The position numbers were made by a program, and so were the translations under genes. DNA of 64,000 nucleotides from Octopus vulgaris (lineage: Eukaryota), in contig OX597815.1 of assembly GCA_951406725.2 (NCBI GenBank), positions 47,678,001-47,742,000 of the forward strand, read 5' to 3'. Below, piece by piece: positions 41,627 through 54,694 of the stretch (positions within the stretch are counted from its first letter, which is position 1; the number at the start of each line of letters is the position of its first letter). Under the pieces are notes generated by a model, which saw nothing but the letters and a program-made list of their open reading frames with translations, ran no database searches and was not told where the DNA came from.

Positions 41627-43538
41627 TTGAAAGTCTGCTTGAATCTTGCTTGCTTACTTGCAGTGTTACCCAGCCAAACTGGCGCATAATGGGAAAATAC
41701 TATGAATTAAGTTTCATTTGAAATGTAAATACGAACGGAGTATAACAAATTGCGCGTAAATTGGACAAGTGGATTTTGAGATATTAGGGGTTTTCGGGGT
41801 GTAAATACCCAAAACGGTGCATAATGGGAAAATTCTCCGAAATTAACTTAATCCTGAAAAGAAACAAACGCTTACCTTTCGATTAGTCACAGTGGCTTGA
41901 CAACGAAAAAATAAGTTTTGTTTTTTTTACTGTAAATATTTCTATTTTAACTTGTTAAACACAATATTTTAATCATTTAGAAATATTTTTAAGTGAATGT
42001 GATTTCAAAAATGTAAGTTGTTTGTACAGTAATCATTTATATTTTAGCTTTCTTTAACAGATACTATTTTAATATTTTTTTAATTATTTTCAAGTGAATA
42101 CCATTGCAAAAATTTTGAGGGGAGGCATTTAAAAAATATTTTAAAGTGAATATCACTTTAAAAATACGGTAAATATTTCGTAAAAGACTCGTTCGTAACT
42201 TCGGTGTGAAATAATTTTTTCAATAGTTTTTTTCGTGTGCATTCAATATATCTCACCTCTATAGATTTGGCTGCTATTTCTACGTGGTAACAGGACGTGC
42301 AAAAAGTAACAACCAAATCTGACTCTTTTAGGGGGAAAGGAGCCGTTTACGCGTGATTTCGATGTCACATTTGTTGAAAGCATGCGAAATAACATGGAAA
42401 AGGGGGAAAAAAAACTACGAAACAAAGCTCCGTTGCAGCAAAACTCAGACTTTCCCAGTCGCGAGTATATATAAAAACTGGGAGCGTGAGCACGAGAAGT
42501 GAAAGAAAGGTGATTATCATGCACTCTCGCTGGTGAATTGTTCAGTAGAGTGAAGAAAAATGACTATATATACTAGTATAAAGAAAAATATAAATTTTAT
42601 TTTGAAACAGTAACTTCATATGTTACATCTGCCAATGCTTATCTCTCTCTCTCTTCTCTCTCATTCTATCTCTTCTCTCTCTCTCTCTCTCTCCTTATCT
42701 ATCTATCTCTCCTCTCTCTCTCACACACTATCTATCTATTTATCTTTATCTCTCTTTCTCTCTCCCGTTCTCTCTCTTTATCTCTCCAGTTCTCTCTCTC
42801 TCTCTTTCTTTCTTTCCTCTGTACGTATGTGTGTACCTGTGTATGTGTGTGTATATAAAGAGAGAGGAGGATGTTAGTTGTTGGTATCTTTGTGCTTTTA
42901 GTATCTTATTCAATAAGTACAATACGAATCGGCCACAATCACCACATCGTATATCTATTTTGATATATAAAGTAACAAAGTGTTTAGTTTCATTTGTTTA
43001 TTTTTTTATTATTTATTTCGTATTCTTGAACATTTTACCTAATTATTTGCTTTCTCAACATTCTCTCACATGAATCTATTTATTATTGTCTTTCATTTCC
43101 GGTCAAAAGATCTGACATAAATTCATACAATAACAAGACAGCCACAAGATGGTGGTTAAACCTATTAACAGTAGCAGCCAAAACCTCCCTCGAATAACAT
43201 TTTATTTTCTTTCTTTTGAATATATAATAAAATTTTCAGGATCCAATAGAGTCAGGTATTTAAATAGAAAAGTAAAACGCCAAGGCAGAGTCAGAGGTAG
43301 CGCAACAGTTCACTAACAATGTGTACTGGCATATACGTACTTACTAAAGTAAATACAGATTTGTCGTTCCAATTATACACTCATTCACAAGCACTGAGAA
43401 AATATACAGCGTGGTCTCAAAGCCACACAGGAGTATACGCATAGTACGTATTCCACTGTCGACTATAGGCCCCACATCCAGAAGTATAGAAGGTTCCGAG
43501 TTAGGTGAAAAATAAACAATAACTTAGATGAGTTGAGG

Positions 43539-43865
43539 TTTACTACAGCTGTTTCAAGTGTGTCCTTTACTGATGAACAAATGTGTTACATCATGCAAAA
43601 AAAAAACGTCTTCTTTAGGTGAATAAAGAGAAAATTTAACACTATCGCAAAATAGAATTAAGTGCAAAATGAATCTACCAACTAGGCATTGGTTGTAACC
43701 TGCTTGGTAGGGTCATTTTGCACTGTGCTATTTTGTGATAAAGTTTAAGCGTTAAATTGCCTCTTTATTCACCTGAAGAAAACTTCTTTTTTTTTTTTGC
43801 TTTTTCTGCATGATGTAACAGTTTTGTTCATAAATAAAGAACACGCCTGAAACATCTGTGTTATT
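43539..43865. mobile_element. Fold-back element with a decayed hammerhead in each arm
   Basis: Centre ~43694. Plus arm: ttcac CTGAAGA...GAAA catctg TG. Minus arm: ttcac CTAAAGA...GAAA cagctg TA gtaaa (ACAGCTGT palindrome). Confidence 0.7.
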
Positions 43866-43894
43866 GTTGATACATATGTGTGTGTGTCTGTGTG

Positions 43895-44172
43895 TGTTAC
43901 TGTATCGATCAGATTATCGGGTGTTGTCATACATCGCTGGTTACAATGCTCTTGCATCACTTTAGCTTTTTAATGATGCCACCACACTGGCTAGGCAAGA
44001 GGGCCAATATCCCCCGTGATTGGAAGACTAGTCCATCGCAGAGTTACATCGAAGGGAACTAAAGCTTATTCAAGTGAAATGATTTGCTCAAGAACACAAC
44101 GTGCAGCTGGTATGAGAACCGAAACTACAATCTCACGCTCGTAGGTACCATACCCCTAACCACTATGCCACA
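43895..44172 (-). mobile_element. SINE with family-C-like head and type 2 tail
   Basis: Head gttgtgttcttgagcaaatca; tail tgcaagagcattgtaaccagcgatgtatgacaac resembles the 9790 copy. Confidence 0.7.
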
Positions 44173-45398
44173 TATACATATACATACATATGTGTGTGTG
44201 TGCGCATGCGTGTGTGTATTTATATATATGTATATATGTATGTATGCATGAGCCAACGAGGTGGTACTTCTGTATGATGGCGAAACTGCGTTGAAAATAC
44301 AACATAATCTCCTTCAAAGTACCTGCTACTGTCTCATATATCTGTATTGGAATGAGTGGAAGTGCCAACAAAGGAGATCTCTCTATGGTACCATGTTATG
44401 CTAGAAATATATCACGTTCAAATGTTAATCTACTTTCTTACGAATAAACCATCGTGGGAGCAACTAAACGGCAGGCGGACCTAGCAGAAGCTACAGCCAA
44501 ATTTCGATAAGAGTACACCCAATTGTTTTATAAATAAAAGTCGAGAAAGTAGCACAACTCAAATTAGGTCCTGAATTACAGGAACGAATAAGTAAATACT
44601 TCGAATATGGACTTGTTTTTACCAACTCATTCGCTGGATTTCTTTGTTTTAAGTATCAGAGATGCTGACTGGGCAAAAAAAGAGTAAATATATTTCTTTT
44701 TGTCCCTCCCTCCCACTTTTTCAATCACATATAAATAACACTTCAGCTGTTTATCTATTTATGAAGAGTCATCAGTAAAACGTGTAATGCAAAAAAGTGT
44801 TTGTCTATTTCTTTATTTACTATATGTTTCTTTATTTACTATATGTTAACGATTCTGCTAGCTCATCGCCTTGCCATTATACTTATGATACTTTTTGTTA
44901 GTTTTGCAAAATTCTTTGCAAAATTCTTGACATGAAATTATGTGTTGAAAAAGATATTGTTATACTTGGAGATGGTCATATTTTTCCAATTAAACACACG
45001 CACTATGTATTTGGTCTTCACTTCAGCTTTATTATTATTGTTTCGAGTTTCTTTGTCAAGCTCCTTCGTCACACATCCTGTGACCTCTTCAGCAACTCTC
45101 TATCTAAACTAGAATTATAATAATAAAGCTCAGGTGAAGACCAAAAGTGCGTGTGTCTAACTGGCAAAATATGACCAGTGTAACAATATGACTAGTATAA
45201 CAAAATATTTTTACCATTAATGATTTGACTATCTAGTTAATTAGTAACTCAAAGCATCAAGTAAAGGTTATATAGAGTTATTTAATGATAAATTATACTT
45301 ACAGGGATAATGCTGTTACACTCCCGAAAAATTCATTACGCTCTGATGAATGCAAAAGAACTAGTCTTGTTCAATTCACTTATCATTAAATGAATATG

Positions 45399-45616
45399 CG
45401 AAGGGTGCTGAAAAGTTCTTGGCTTTGGATAAAAGAAAATACAAGAGAATCAGTCAGTTATGATTTTATTCAACATATTCCATTCTTAGATTCACACACT
45501 TATTGCAGTGGTTCGCCAGTTTTTCTAAGCTCTGTAAAAGAACTCGGAATGTTGGACTTCCAGCCAGGCCTTTCGTGACACCCTTAAAAAAAGGAACTTT
45601 TCAGAATCCCCTCGTA
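45399..45616 (-). mobile_element. Mariner-derived MITE, uninterrupted copy
   Basis: TIRs cgaagggtgctgaaaagttc and gaacttttcagaatcccctcg-TA; reverse complement of the 19636-20248 flanks. Confidence 0.85.
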
Positions 45617-45853
45617 AGGAAGAGTTACCCCTTGTATGATGAGATATGAAAGGAATGCAGTAATGTTACATAGTTGCATTAATTATGAATTGCACTTTTT
45701 TCATATTTCATGGTGCTTTTACAAAATAAAATTAATACAAATGTTCAAAAATTAAAATATTTAATATATTGAAATAAAATTTAAGAAAATAAATAAGGTC
45801 ACTTAATTATTAATTCATATCAGATATTACATATTAATTCTATATGAAATAAT

Positions 45854-46052
45854 CCTTTCTACTATAGGCAAAACGCCTGAAATTTGGGAGAATAGTCGAT
45901 TGCATCGACCCCAGTGTTTCGCTGGTACTTATTTTCGACCTCGAAAGGTAAAGACGACCTCGGCGGAATTTGAACTTAGGACGTAGTGATGTGCGAAAAA
46001 CCGCTAAGCATTTGGTCTACCGCGCTAATGATTCTGCCAGCTGCCGCCTTAT
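45854..46052 (-). mobile_element. SINE family B with ~12-bp TSD
   Basis: atatgaaataat at 45842-45853 and 46056-46067. Confidence 0.8.
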
Positions 46053-46121
46053 TACATATGAAATAATGATACATATTTAGAGTGACCAAACAACTAACAA
46101 AAAGTATCATAAGTATAATGG

Positions 46122-46430
46122 CAAGGCGATGAGCTAGCAGAATCGTTAACACGCCGGGTAAAATGCTTAGCAGCATATAGACCGTCTATACGTTCTGAGT
46201 TCAAATTCCGCAGGGGTCGATTTTGCCTTTCATCTTTTTGGAGTCGATAAAATAAGTACCAGTGAAACACTAGAGTCGATGTAATCGACTTTTCCCCGCC
46301 TCCCAAAACTTCAGAACCGATAGAATAAGTACCACGCTTAACAAAATTAAGTAGATTCATTCAACTAAAAGTTCTTCAAAGCGATGTTCCAGCATAGCTG
46401 CAGTCTAATGACTGAAACAAGTAAAAGAAA
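46122..46430 (+). mobile_element. SINE family B followed by a family D tail
   Basis: aaggcgatgagctagcagaatcgttaacacgccgg...; accgatagaataagtacc...gactgaaacaagtaaaag. Confidence 0.75.
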
Positions 46431-47454
46431 AAATATATCATATATACATACGACATAGTTCCCGTTTCCTAAATTCATTCGCATTTGTCTGCTATTGCTG
46501 ATGACACTTACATAAGGTGCCCTGCAGTGAGATAGAACTCGAAAGCATATGATTGCAAAGTGAGTTTCTAAGCCACACAGCCATGATTACAGTTTACTAA
46601 AATCGTTTAGAAAATTGGAGATTCAATCTTATAGATTACTAATACAGTCAATTTATGTGAAATTGTCAGCTTCAACGCGATAACGTTACAACAGACCAAT
46701 AAAAATATCATAATAATTACAATTAATTATATTTCTTTTACCTCAATAGTGTATTGTATTCATATTTTTGCTCTAAAAAATCTCAAATATCTGAATAATG
46801 AATTTTTTATGTACGGATTTTACATCTGAAGCTCATTTTCAATATTTTACTCAACTATAAAAATGTCAGTTTTCGTATCTATTTTGTATAGTAAAAAAAT
46901 TTATATAATATTTATGTCGTCGACTCCTTCGGTTGTGTGATACATACAACTTTTACTCTCTCACCCTCACTCTTTCTCTGCTTGTCATTTATAAAACATA
47001 ACCATTTCCCTCTTATTCTTTCTCTGTGGTGTTCGCAGTTCTCTCTAACTTCTCTAACGGGTAACGCTGCCAATAATTGCCACTCGATAAACGTAGCCAT
47101 TTAGAATTAATATTTTTTCAAAAATATTGTTTCGTATATTTTGCTTTGTTTTGCGATAGATAATTGTATGTGCACAATTGTTTTAAAAATTTAAACCCAC
47201 AACAGCTTATTCCAAGATTTAATTCCACCCACCTCTATCCCACCCCGCATTCAATTACTTCCTTTTCTCTGAAACTACATCACTCTTCCTCTTTGATACA
47301 AGAAACAAATAAAATCGGTTTTATGGTGGATATCGACATTTCGTTTTATTTTGAGGCACTTCAGTACCGTGTACTGAGTCATCTCGGAACGAATTTCGAT
47401 CGCTAGTATGTGGTATCCACTCAAATAGTGCAGAGTCTATTGGCTGCTTTGCTA

Positions 47455-47918
47455 CAGACCGGGAAATGTGTGTGTTTATGAGCGAAACACCTAAGCTCCA
47501 CGCGGCTCCGGCAGAAGGAAGATAATGGCGAACTTCTGCTGACTCTTTCGCCAAAAACTTTCTCTCACTCTTTCCTTCTGCATCTTGCAGCTCACCTGCG
47601 ACGGACCGGCGTCCCATCCATGTGGGGAACATATACGCCAAGGAAACCGGGAAACCGGCCCTATGAGCCTGGCGTGGATCGAGAAGGAACAAACAACAAT
47701 AATCCTTTCTACTAAAGGCACAAAACCTGAAATTTGTGGAGAGGAGACTAGTCGATTAAATCGACTCCAGTGTTTCTCTGGTACTTAATTTATCGACCCC
47801 GAAAGGATGAAAGGCAAAGTCGACCCCGGTGGAATTTGAACTCTGAAACTCAAGATGGACGAAATACCGCTAAGCATTTCGTCCAGCATGCTAACAATTC
47901 TGCCAGCTCGCCGCCTTA
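47455..47918. mobile_element. Tail-to-tail SINE A type 3 (+, 47455-47698) and SINE B (-, 47703-47918)
   Basis: Match to the 32514 and 45854 copies respectively. Confidence 0.8.
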
Positions 47919-47986
47919 CTTAAGCATCTCTAATACTACAAACATGCCTTCTATGTGGAAGCCGGCCGATCTCGCTCTGAGCACTA

Positions 47987-48255
47987 TGTAGGGATATTGC
48001 ATCTGCAGTTCCATTATTCAAGCAGAATGGAACTTCAGATGCAATATCCCTGCACATCTCACGTCTGTTCTTCATACCTCCACTTCACTCTCTGTTTCCT
48101 ATCTTCTCTAGAATAACTATTGCTTAACCATTTTCTCGCACCGTCTCCGATGAAAGGATATATAAAACATCTCGGAAACAGCTATAAGACCTTCTCTTTA
48201 TAAATGTTCTGAAATCTTTCACAGCCTTGAGTTTTTATCTCATTCTGTTAATTAT
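47987..48255 (+). mobile_element. Penelope pLTR-like relic: ~29-bp hairpin followed by a degenerate hammerhead
   Basis: Hairpin tgtagggatattgcatctgcagttccatt / aatggaacttcagatgcaatatccctgca. Motif gtct CCGATGA aaggat..atctcg GAAA cagcta TA agac at 48143-48190. Confidence 0.65.
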
Positions 48256-48265
48256 ACATATATAT

Positions 48266-48312
<47 letters not shown>

Positions 48313-48426
48313 TAAGAGTTTGTGTGTGTGTATGCAAACATATATAAGTGTATACTCACACACACACGCGTATATATATATGTATATTATATACGTACGA
48401 ACATACATATTTTCATCTCTCTCTCT

Positions 48427-48481
<55 letters not shown>

Positions 48482-48498
48482 CATTCAAGTAGAGATAA

Positions 48499-48537
<39 letters not shown>

Positions 48538-48590
48538 GGCAGACAGACGGAGAAATATAGATATACATAAATGCCTACATACATACGTAC

Positions 48591-48621
<31 letters not shown>

Positions 48622-48919
48622 CATACATACATACATACATACATACATACATACATACATACATACATACATACATACATACATACATACATACATACAT
48701 ACATACATGCACCTATAGAATCACACATGGCAAAACTTATCTATTTGCGACACCAAAGGACACGGTAAACAATCATTCAAACCACCAGTATCCCGCCCAT
48801 ATTCAGCCATCTTTCCTGCCAACCAAACAAACAACAAAGCATTCAGCCATCTTTCAACAATCATGGGTGGCTTTCCTGTATACAATCAGCATAGGCTTCA
48901 ACCGTTACACATATGCGTG

Positions 48920-48973
<54 letters not shown>

Positions 48974-48975
48974 TG

Positions 48976-49069
<94 letters not shown>

Positions 49070-49070
49070 C

Positions 49071-49113
<43 letters not shown>

Positions 49114-49419
49114 CAAGCAAATATACAATACTTTAACTTTTATGTCTCTTGGCAAACGCATATATTGCATTAAGTATTTAAAGCTGACTTTTTCAGTTTG
49201 GTGTTTTGTTGAGATTATTTTAGAAGCTTGATGACTGCTTCGTGTTCAGTTATATATTTGTATGCATGCATGCATGCATGCATGTATGTATGTATGTACG
49301 TATGTATGTATGTATGTACGTATGTATGTATGTACGTATGTATGTATGTATGTATGTATGTATGTATGTACGTATGTATGTATGTTTGTTGTATGTATGC
49401 ATAGATTGATATGTCTTTT

Positions 49420-49765
49420 TTTGTACTTGTTTCACTCATTAGACTGCAGCCATGCCGGAGCACCGCCTGGTATTTATTCTATCGGTCACTTTTGCCAAAC
49501 TGCTAAGTTAACGGGACGAAAACACACCAACACCGGTTGTCAAGCGATGGTGGGGACCACACACACACAGACGCACAAATACATACATATGTATATATAT
49601 ATATTTATATATATAGGAGGGGCTTCTTTCAGTTTCCAGCTAACAAATACACTCACAAGGTTTCGGTCGGCCTAAGATACTTGCTCAAGGGGCCATGCAG
49701 TGGGACTAAACCCGGAAGCATGCGGCTGGAAAACAATATTTTTACAATACAGCCGCCCTTACACC
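49420..49765 (-). mobile_element. SINE family D
   Basis: Family tail and head are both recognisable. Confidence 0.75.
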
Positions 49766-49796
<31 letters not shown>

Positions 49797-49801
49797 ATAC
49801 A

Positions 49802-49881
<80 letters not shown>

Positions 49882-50124
49882 CATATTTCAGTTTCAGATC
49901 CTGCTGGTGACCAGAGATGGAGTTTGGAGTTTGTTTTTTAAGATCTACTCGGATAGTGAAGGGCATTTCATATGACACTCAATTTTTCATATATATGTCA
50001 CTTTCATTTGAGCGAGTCGCATTCCTTTTCTCTCCCCGTCTTCTATTCCTCCCTCATTAATGAAAAAAGTGCACCTCTTTATATGAATCATATATTTTCA
50101 GTATCACAATATCCTACTCTTTGT

Positions 50125-50787
50125 ATGAGCGGTGTACCCAAAAGAAACCGGAGTTTTGAAATATAATTTTATTCACTTAGTTTTACATGTTAACATTTAT
50201 CGTCTTAAAAATATTCTCCATTTGAAGCACTTTTTCCACTGTTTGAAGCAGTATTGGACTCTTGCGAAGTAATGTCTTTTAACGCCTCCGTTGTTAAAAG
50301 ACATCACTCATCATATCAACAAGCTCATCAGTTGTTTGGTGACGGTCCTCCAAATCATGAATTTTCATGATGTTTTCATTCGTTCGTGAGACCGACGGTC
50401 GTCCTGAACGAGGTTGGTCTTCAAGCGACAAGTGACCATTCTTAAATCACTCGTAACTACTCGTAAACTTGTGCTTTGCTTATGACAGCATCCTTGTAAT
50501 CTGTTTGAGGTATGACAACTGTTTCGGCTGCCGTTTTCCCCAGCAGATAGCAGAATTTCACGGGAGCACGCTGTTCCTTCATTTCAGCCATCGAAAAAAT
50601 CGACGAACAGGGGAGAAGCACTGCAAAACAAAGACGCACCACGTGGCATTACTTCCTCAATTGACGACACCAGTCGGCAGACTGATGCCTGAGGGTCGCA
50701 TCAAGTGGCTTCCTGCAGTGGAAGCCTGAACTACAATGGGCTTGTCCCACAGCGAACGTTTCCGGTAACTTTTGGGTACCTCCTCTA
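50125..50787 (-). mobile_element. Internally deleted mariner with both TIRs
   Basis: TIRs gagcggtgtacccaaaagaaaccgga and tccggtaacttttgggtacctcctc. N-terminus MAEMKEQRAPVKFCYLLGKTAAET...LEDQPRSGRP is fused to C-terminus TEALKDITSQE...NGEYF. Confidence 0.88.
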
Positions 50788-51309
50788 TAGTTTATACATA
50801 TAATCAACAAAACCAAATTATTCATAATACGTCTACGTGTTGCAAATGATTTGCTTAAAAGTATTAAGTGATTAAAGCATTTCTAACAGAGAAATGAAGT
50901 CATCTCTTCCCAAATCTGTCTCTGTCAAACTCTCCACTTTGACTAGTTTGAAATATTTTCAAGAGAAAGTTTACGATTCTGGTTGTGGATAAAGAAGACT
51001 GTGGGAACAAATTTAGCAATTTTTGGCAAAAAAATGTACCCTTTTGCCAAGATATAACAAGTTAGTGAAATATTTCAAATATTTACAGTTGGATAGATAG
51101 ACAAATATGACAAAAAATGTGAATTCTTAATTATTTTCTGAGATTCTACAAAGAAAAAAAGAAAAAATATTTTTTTAATTCCTCATCAACTTTGTGGAAT
51201 GAGCAATAGATTTTTCTTAAGCTCTTTTTACTTTTTTAAGGATTATACATCGTACATTAATTCGAAATCAACTACCCAATTTATGGAACCTGAAATATGT
51301 ATTGGTTAC

Positions 51310-51510
51310 AAATTTTTTGCACAAGACCAGCAAGTTCAGGGGAGGCGATGCTAATTGATTACATCGACCCCAGTGCTCAATTAGTACTTATTTTATCGAA
51401 AGGATGAAAGGTAATGTTGACCTCAGCACTATTTCAGCTCAGAGCGTAATGTCGGAAGATGTGCTCCCTAAATATTTTTTCCGGTTTTGCTAGTTCACCG
51501 ACTTCCCTGA
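51310..51510 (-). mobile_element. Old SINE family B
   Basis: gattacatcgaccccagtgctcaattagtacttattttatcgaaaggatgaaagg. Confidence 0.7.
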
Positions 51511-52745
51511 AATATATGTTAATCGTAAATTGATAAACCTGAGATTTAAACGTAAACTACTGTTTATAAGGCGGTACCTTTACTTCCTATCTACAATATT
51601 TTCACTTAGATAATCACGTAATTATTTCGTAACGATAAACCTGAAAATTCACTATTTGATTTACAGGCATACTACACACAATAAACTTCGATTTAGAACC
51701 TATTGCATATCGGTTTACATTTTAATTTTTAACTTTTCCATCGTTGAAACATTCTGGGGATGTTACTGCGGACAGCTATTGCCGGTATTAAGGAACTTCA
51801 TTAAGGGATTAACGCATGTGCCGTTTGCTTGTTTATTCTGATGTTATTTTACAAATATGACTTTACTTTCAGAATTTGTTTCAACAAAATTAATTCTCAC
51901 TACTTATCTACACATTATTATTGAATGAATAAATGTATCCGTATATTTGGTGAATGTGTGGGTAAGTGTAAACCTTTCCGTTCCGTTTGTAAACTATCAG
52001 AATATTGAATCTTATTACAAATTAAGTTTTGATTATATTTCAATGAATAAATATAAATCATTTTGCATTCATTCGATAAAGTCCGTGACCAATTTTTACA
52101 ACAATTTTAGCTATTTGAATCACTTTTAATTAATTCACGCTGAGTTATAGCTTAATAAACAGCATGTTCAATCAGTCTATCATACTTACGAAATAATATA
52201 TTTCAGAACAGTCTTTTTGACAGGATCTGTGCAAAATACGTATTTAATTATTTTTCATTGAAAATATTTGATATAAATAAATATTTCTGACAAGCTATGC
52301 TATCGATATTATTAACAACAACACTAAGCATCACAAAAACCCATATCGACTAATATTCTTTGTACTTTTCGAAAGAATAGACGTCTCTGTAGATATTAAT
52401 TTGTAAAACCAGGTTATTTCTGTAATTGTTAGTTAAAATAAATATATTTCTTCTTGTTGATGTAGCAGTCGTCGATATTGGTTAGCACCACACCAGCTCT
52501 GAAAATCAGAATACGACTCGAAAAGACAAACTGCACACGGGGTTTAGCTGTGAGCAATCTATCTTTGGCAGAGAGAAGGGTGCTGCATAAAACAGCTTTG
52601 TGTTCTTCATTCTTTTAAAATGATGGTGAGGAGAAGGTCATCCTAGGAAGATTTAACTCTTATTTCTAGCAACTCTAGTGAGCCAGTAGAATTTCCTTAG
52701 TTGCCCCGATAAGTTTATTGGTATTCTGTAATATCACACCAAATT

Positions 52746-52898
52746 AAGGCGGTGAACTGGCAAAATCGATTGCACGCCGGACAAAATGCTTAGCGGCATT
52801 TCATCCGTCTGCACGTTCTGAATTCAAATTCTGCCAAGGCCCACTTTGCTTTTCGTCCTTTCGGGGTCGATAAAATAAGTACCAGTTGAGTACTTGGG
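52746..52898 (+). mobile_element. SINE family B, 3'-truncated
   Basis: aaggcggtgaactggcaaaatcg...tttcggggtcgataaaataagtaccag. Confidence 0.8.
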
Positions 52899-52968
52899 TT
52901 GTTTTCATTTTTATTACTTTTTATTATATTATAATTTAATTTTAATTTTCATTATCATTTTTTTATCA

Positions 52969-52969
<1 letters not shown>

Positions 52970-53029
<60 letters not shown>

Positions 53030-53232
53030 CATTATTATTATTATTATTATTATTATTGTTATTGTTAATATTATTACTATTACTACTACTATTATTATTA
53101 TTATTATTATTATTGTTAGTGTTGTTATTATTATTAATATTATTATTATTATTATTATCATTATTATTATTATCCTTATTATTATCATTATTATTAATAT
53201 TATTATTATTATTATCATTATTATTATTATCC

Positions 53233-53266
<34 letters not shown>

Positions 53267-53307
53267 TATTATTATCATTATTATTATTATTATTACTATT
53301 ATTATTA

Positions 53308-53360
<53 letters not shown>

Positions 53361-53408
53361 GTTAGTGTTGTTATTGTTATCATCATCGTTATTGTTATAA
53401 TTATTATC
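52970..53408. repeat. Long imperfect (ATT)n tract
   Basis: Directly visible. Confidence 0.97.
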
Positions 53409-53429
53409 TTCAATGTTCCACACTTGTAG

Positions 53430-53694
53430 GTCTAACATATATTTGAAGGCCCTCTCCCCACAACAGCAACAAAATGGAACGGGAGGAATGACTGCTCTGC
53501 TACCACAACCACAAGAAAACCAAAAGCTGCAACAACAATTACTGCAGCAACATCTTCAACAACAGAATGCCACCACAACAATAACAACGACAACTGTAGC
53601 TGTGGAAACAAACAAGGTTCAATCATCCCTACAGACTGATGACACATGTACTCTTGATACTGACAATTCAGAAGCCTTATCATGCGACGAGGAG
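53430..53694 (+). CDS. Candidate internal exon of an unknown host gene (Q/T-rich, acidic end)
   Basis: Acceptor ttccacacttgtAG (53428-53429), donor gag|GTattg (53695). The 265-nt frame is open: SNIYLKALSPQQQQNGTGGMTALLPQPQENQKLQQQLL...DTDNSEALSCDEE, with mixed synonymous codons. No family recognised. Confidence 0.55.
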
Positions 53695-53760
53695 GTATTG
53701 AATCCTCCAAGAAGGACTTGTGTTGGGGAAGAGCGGAAAATAGTTTTAAAAAGGCTGTCC

Positions 53761-54256
53761 TAAGCAAAAAAATGTGCTTCCCACATACCGAAATTTAGAA
53801 ATAGCAGTTAAAACTACCATAAGAAAATCTCCCAGACAACAATACTCAACAAAGTGGGAGGGAATACGAGATCTCATTCGTCTGTTTGAATTCGGAAGTA
53901 CATGTTGTTGGACGTATGTTGTCTGATGACGCTTGATCAGATAAGTATGTTTAATTTTTACAGTGCTCTCAAATTTAAAATTTTGAATTACTGTACTGAA
54001 AAGTGAGAATGATAGAGTGGTAATGTGGCTTTTATATTTTTCACATCTATCTAACTCCGAAACGCGACTACAGTTAATCAAAACTGAGTAGATTCGTTGT
54101 TTTTTCTCTTTGCCTGCGTGGGTTGTTGAATATTATTGTCTGGGAGATTTTCTTATGGTAGAGAAATAGCTAGTTTTAACTGCCATTTCTAAATTTCGGT
54201 ATGTGGTAAATCAAATTTTTTGCTGAACCCTAATTATAATTATACTCATAATTATA

Positions 54257-54262
<6 letters not shown>
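53761..54262 (+). mobile_element. Element with inverted partial terminal repeat and degenerate hammerhead (family of 18236)
   Basis: 53761-53851 is the inverted copy of 54123-54226. Motif actgta CTGAAAA gtgag...ctatctaactcc GAAA cgcg AC tacagt at 53990-54074. Abuts (TA)n. Confidence 0.75.
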
Positions 54263-54324
<62 letters not shown>

Positions 54325-54387
54325 CAATGTAACTACACGTGGTCCGTTGGCAATTTCTGCTTCTCCTTTGGACTTTTCCCTTTCTCC

Positions 54388-54420
54388 TTTCCGACAAAGA
54401 GCTATGCTCGAAACGTTAAA
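54388..54420 (+). ncRNA. Degenerate minimal hammerhead motif
   Basis: ttt CCGACAA a gagc tat gctc GAAA cg TT aaa. Confidence 0.5.
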
Positions 54421-54554
54421 CTCTCCTGTTTCACCGAACGTTAATCTAATATATTTCTTGTGCACGGTCTCACATTCGTTATTTTCTTTTATTTTTCGTT
54501 TTTTATCTGTTTATTTGAATTGTTTGTTTGTTGTTTGAATTGAACACACACACA

Positions 54555-54694
<140 letters not shown>

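Noticed and set aside
44720-45370. Further CTGATGA/CTGAAGA hits (44769-44775 minus; ~45088-45094 minus inside an inverted repeat at ~44980-45172; 45343-45349 plus)
   Set aside because: GAAA, stem I or stem II could not be assembled convincingly. They may be old relics but are not supportable by eye.
46497-46525. ctgatgacacttacataaggtg hairpin
   Set aside because: No GAAA follows, and it lies in decayed SINE D sequence.
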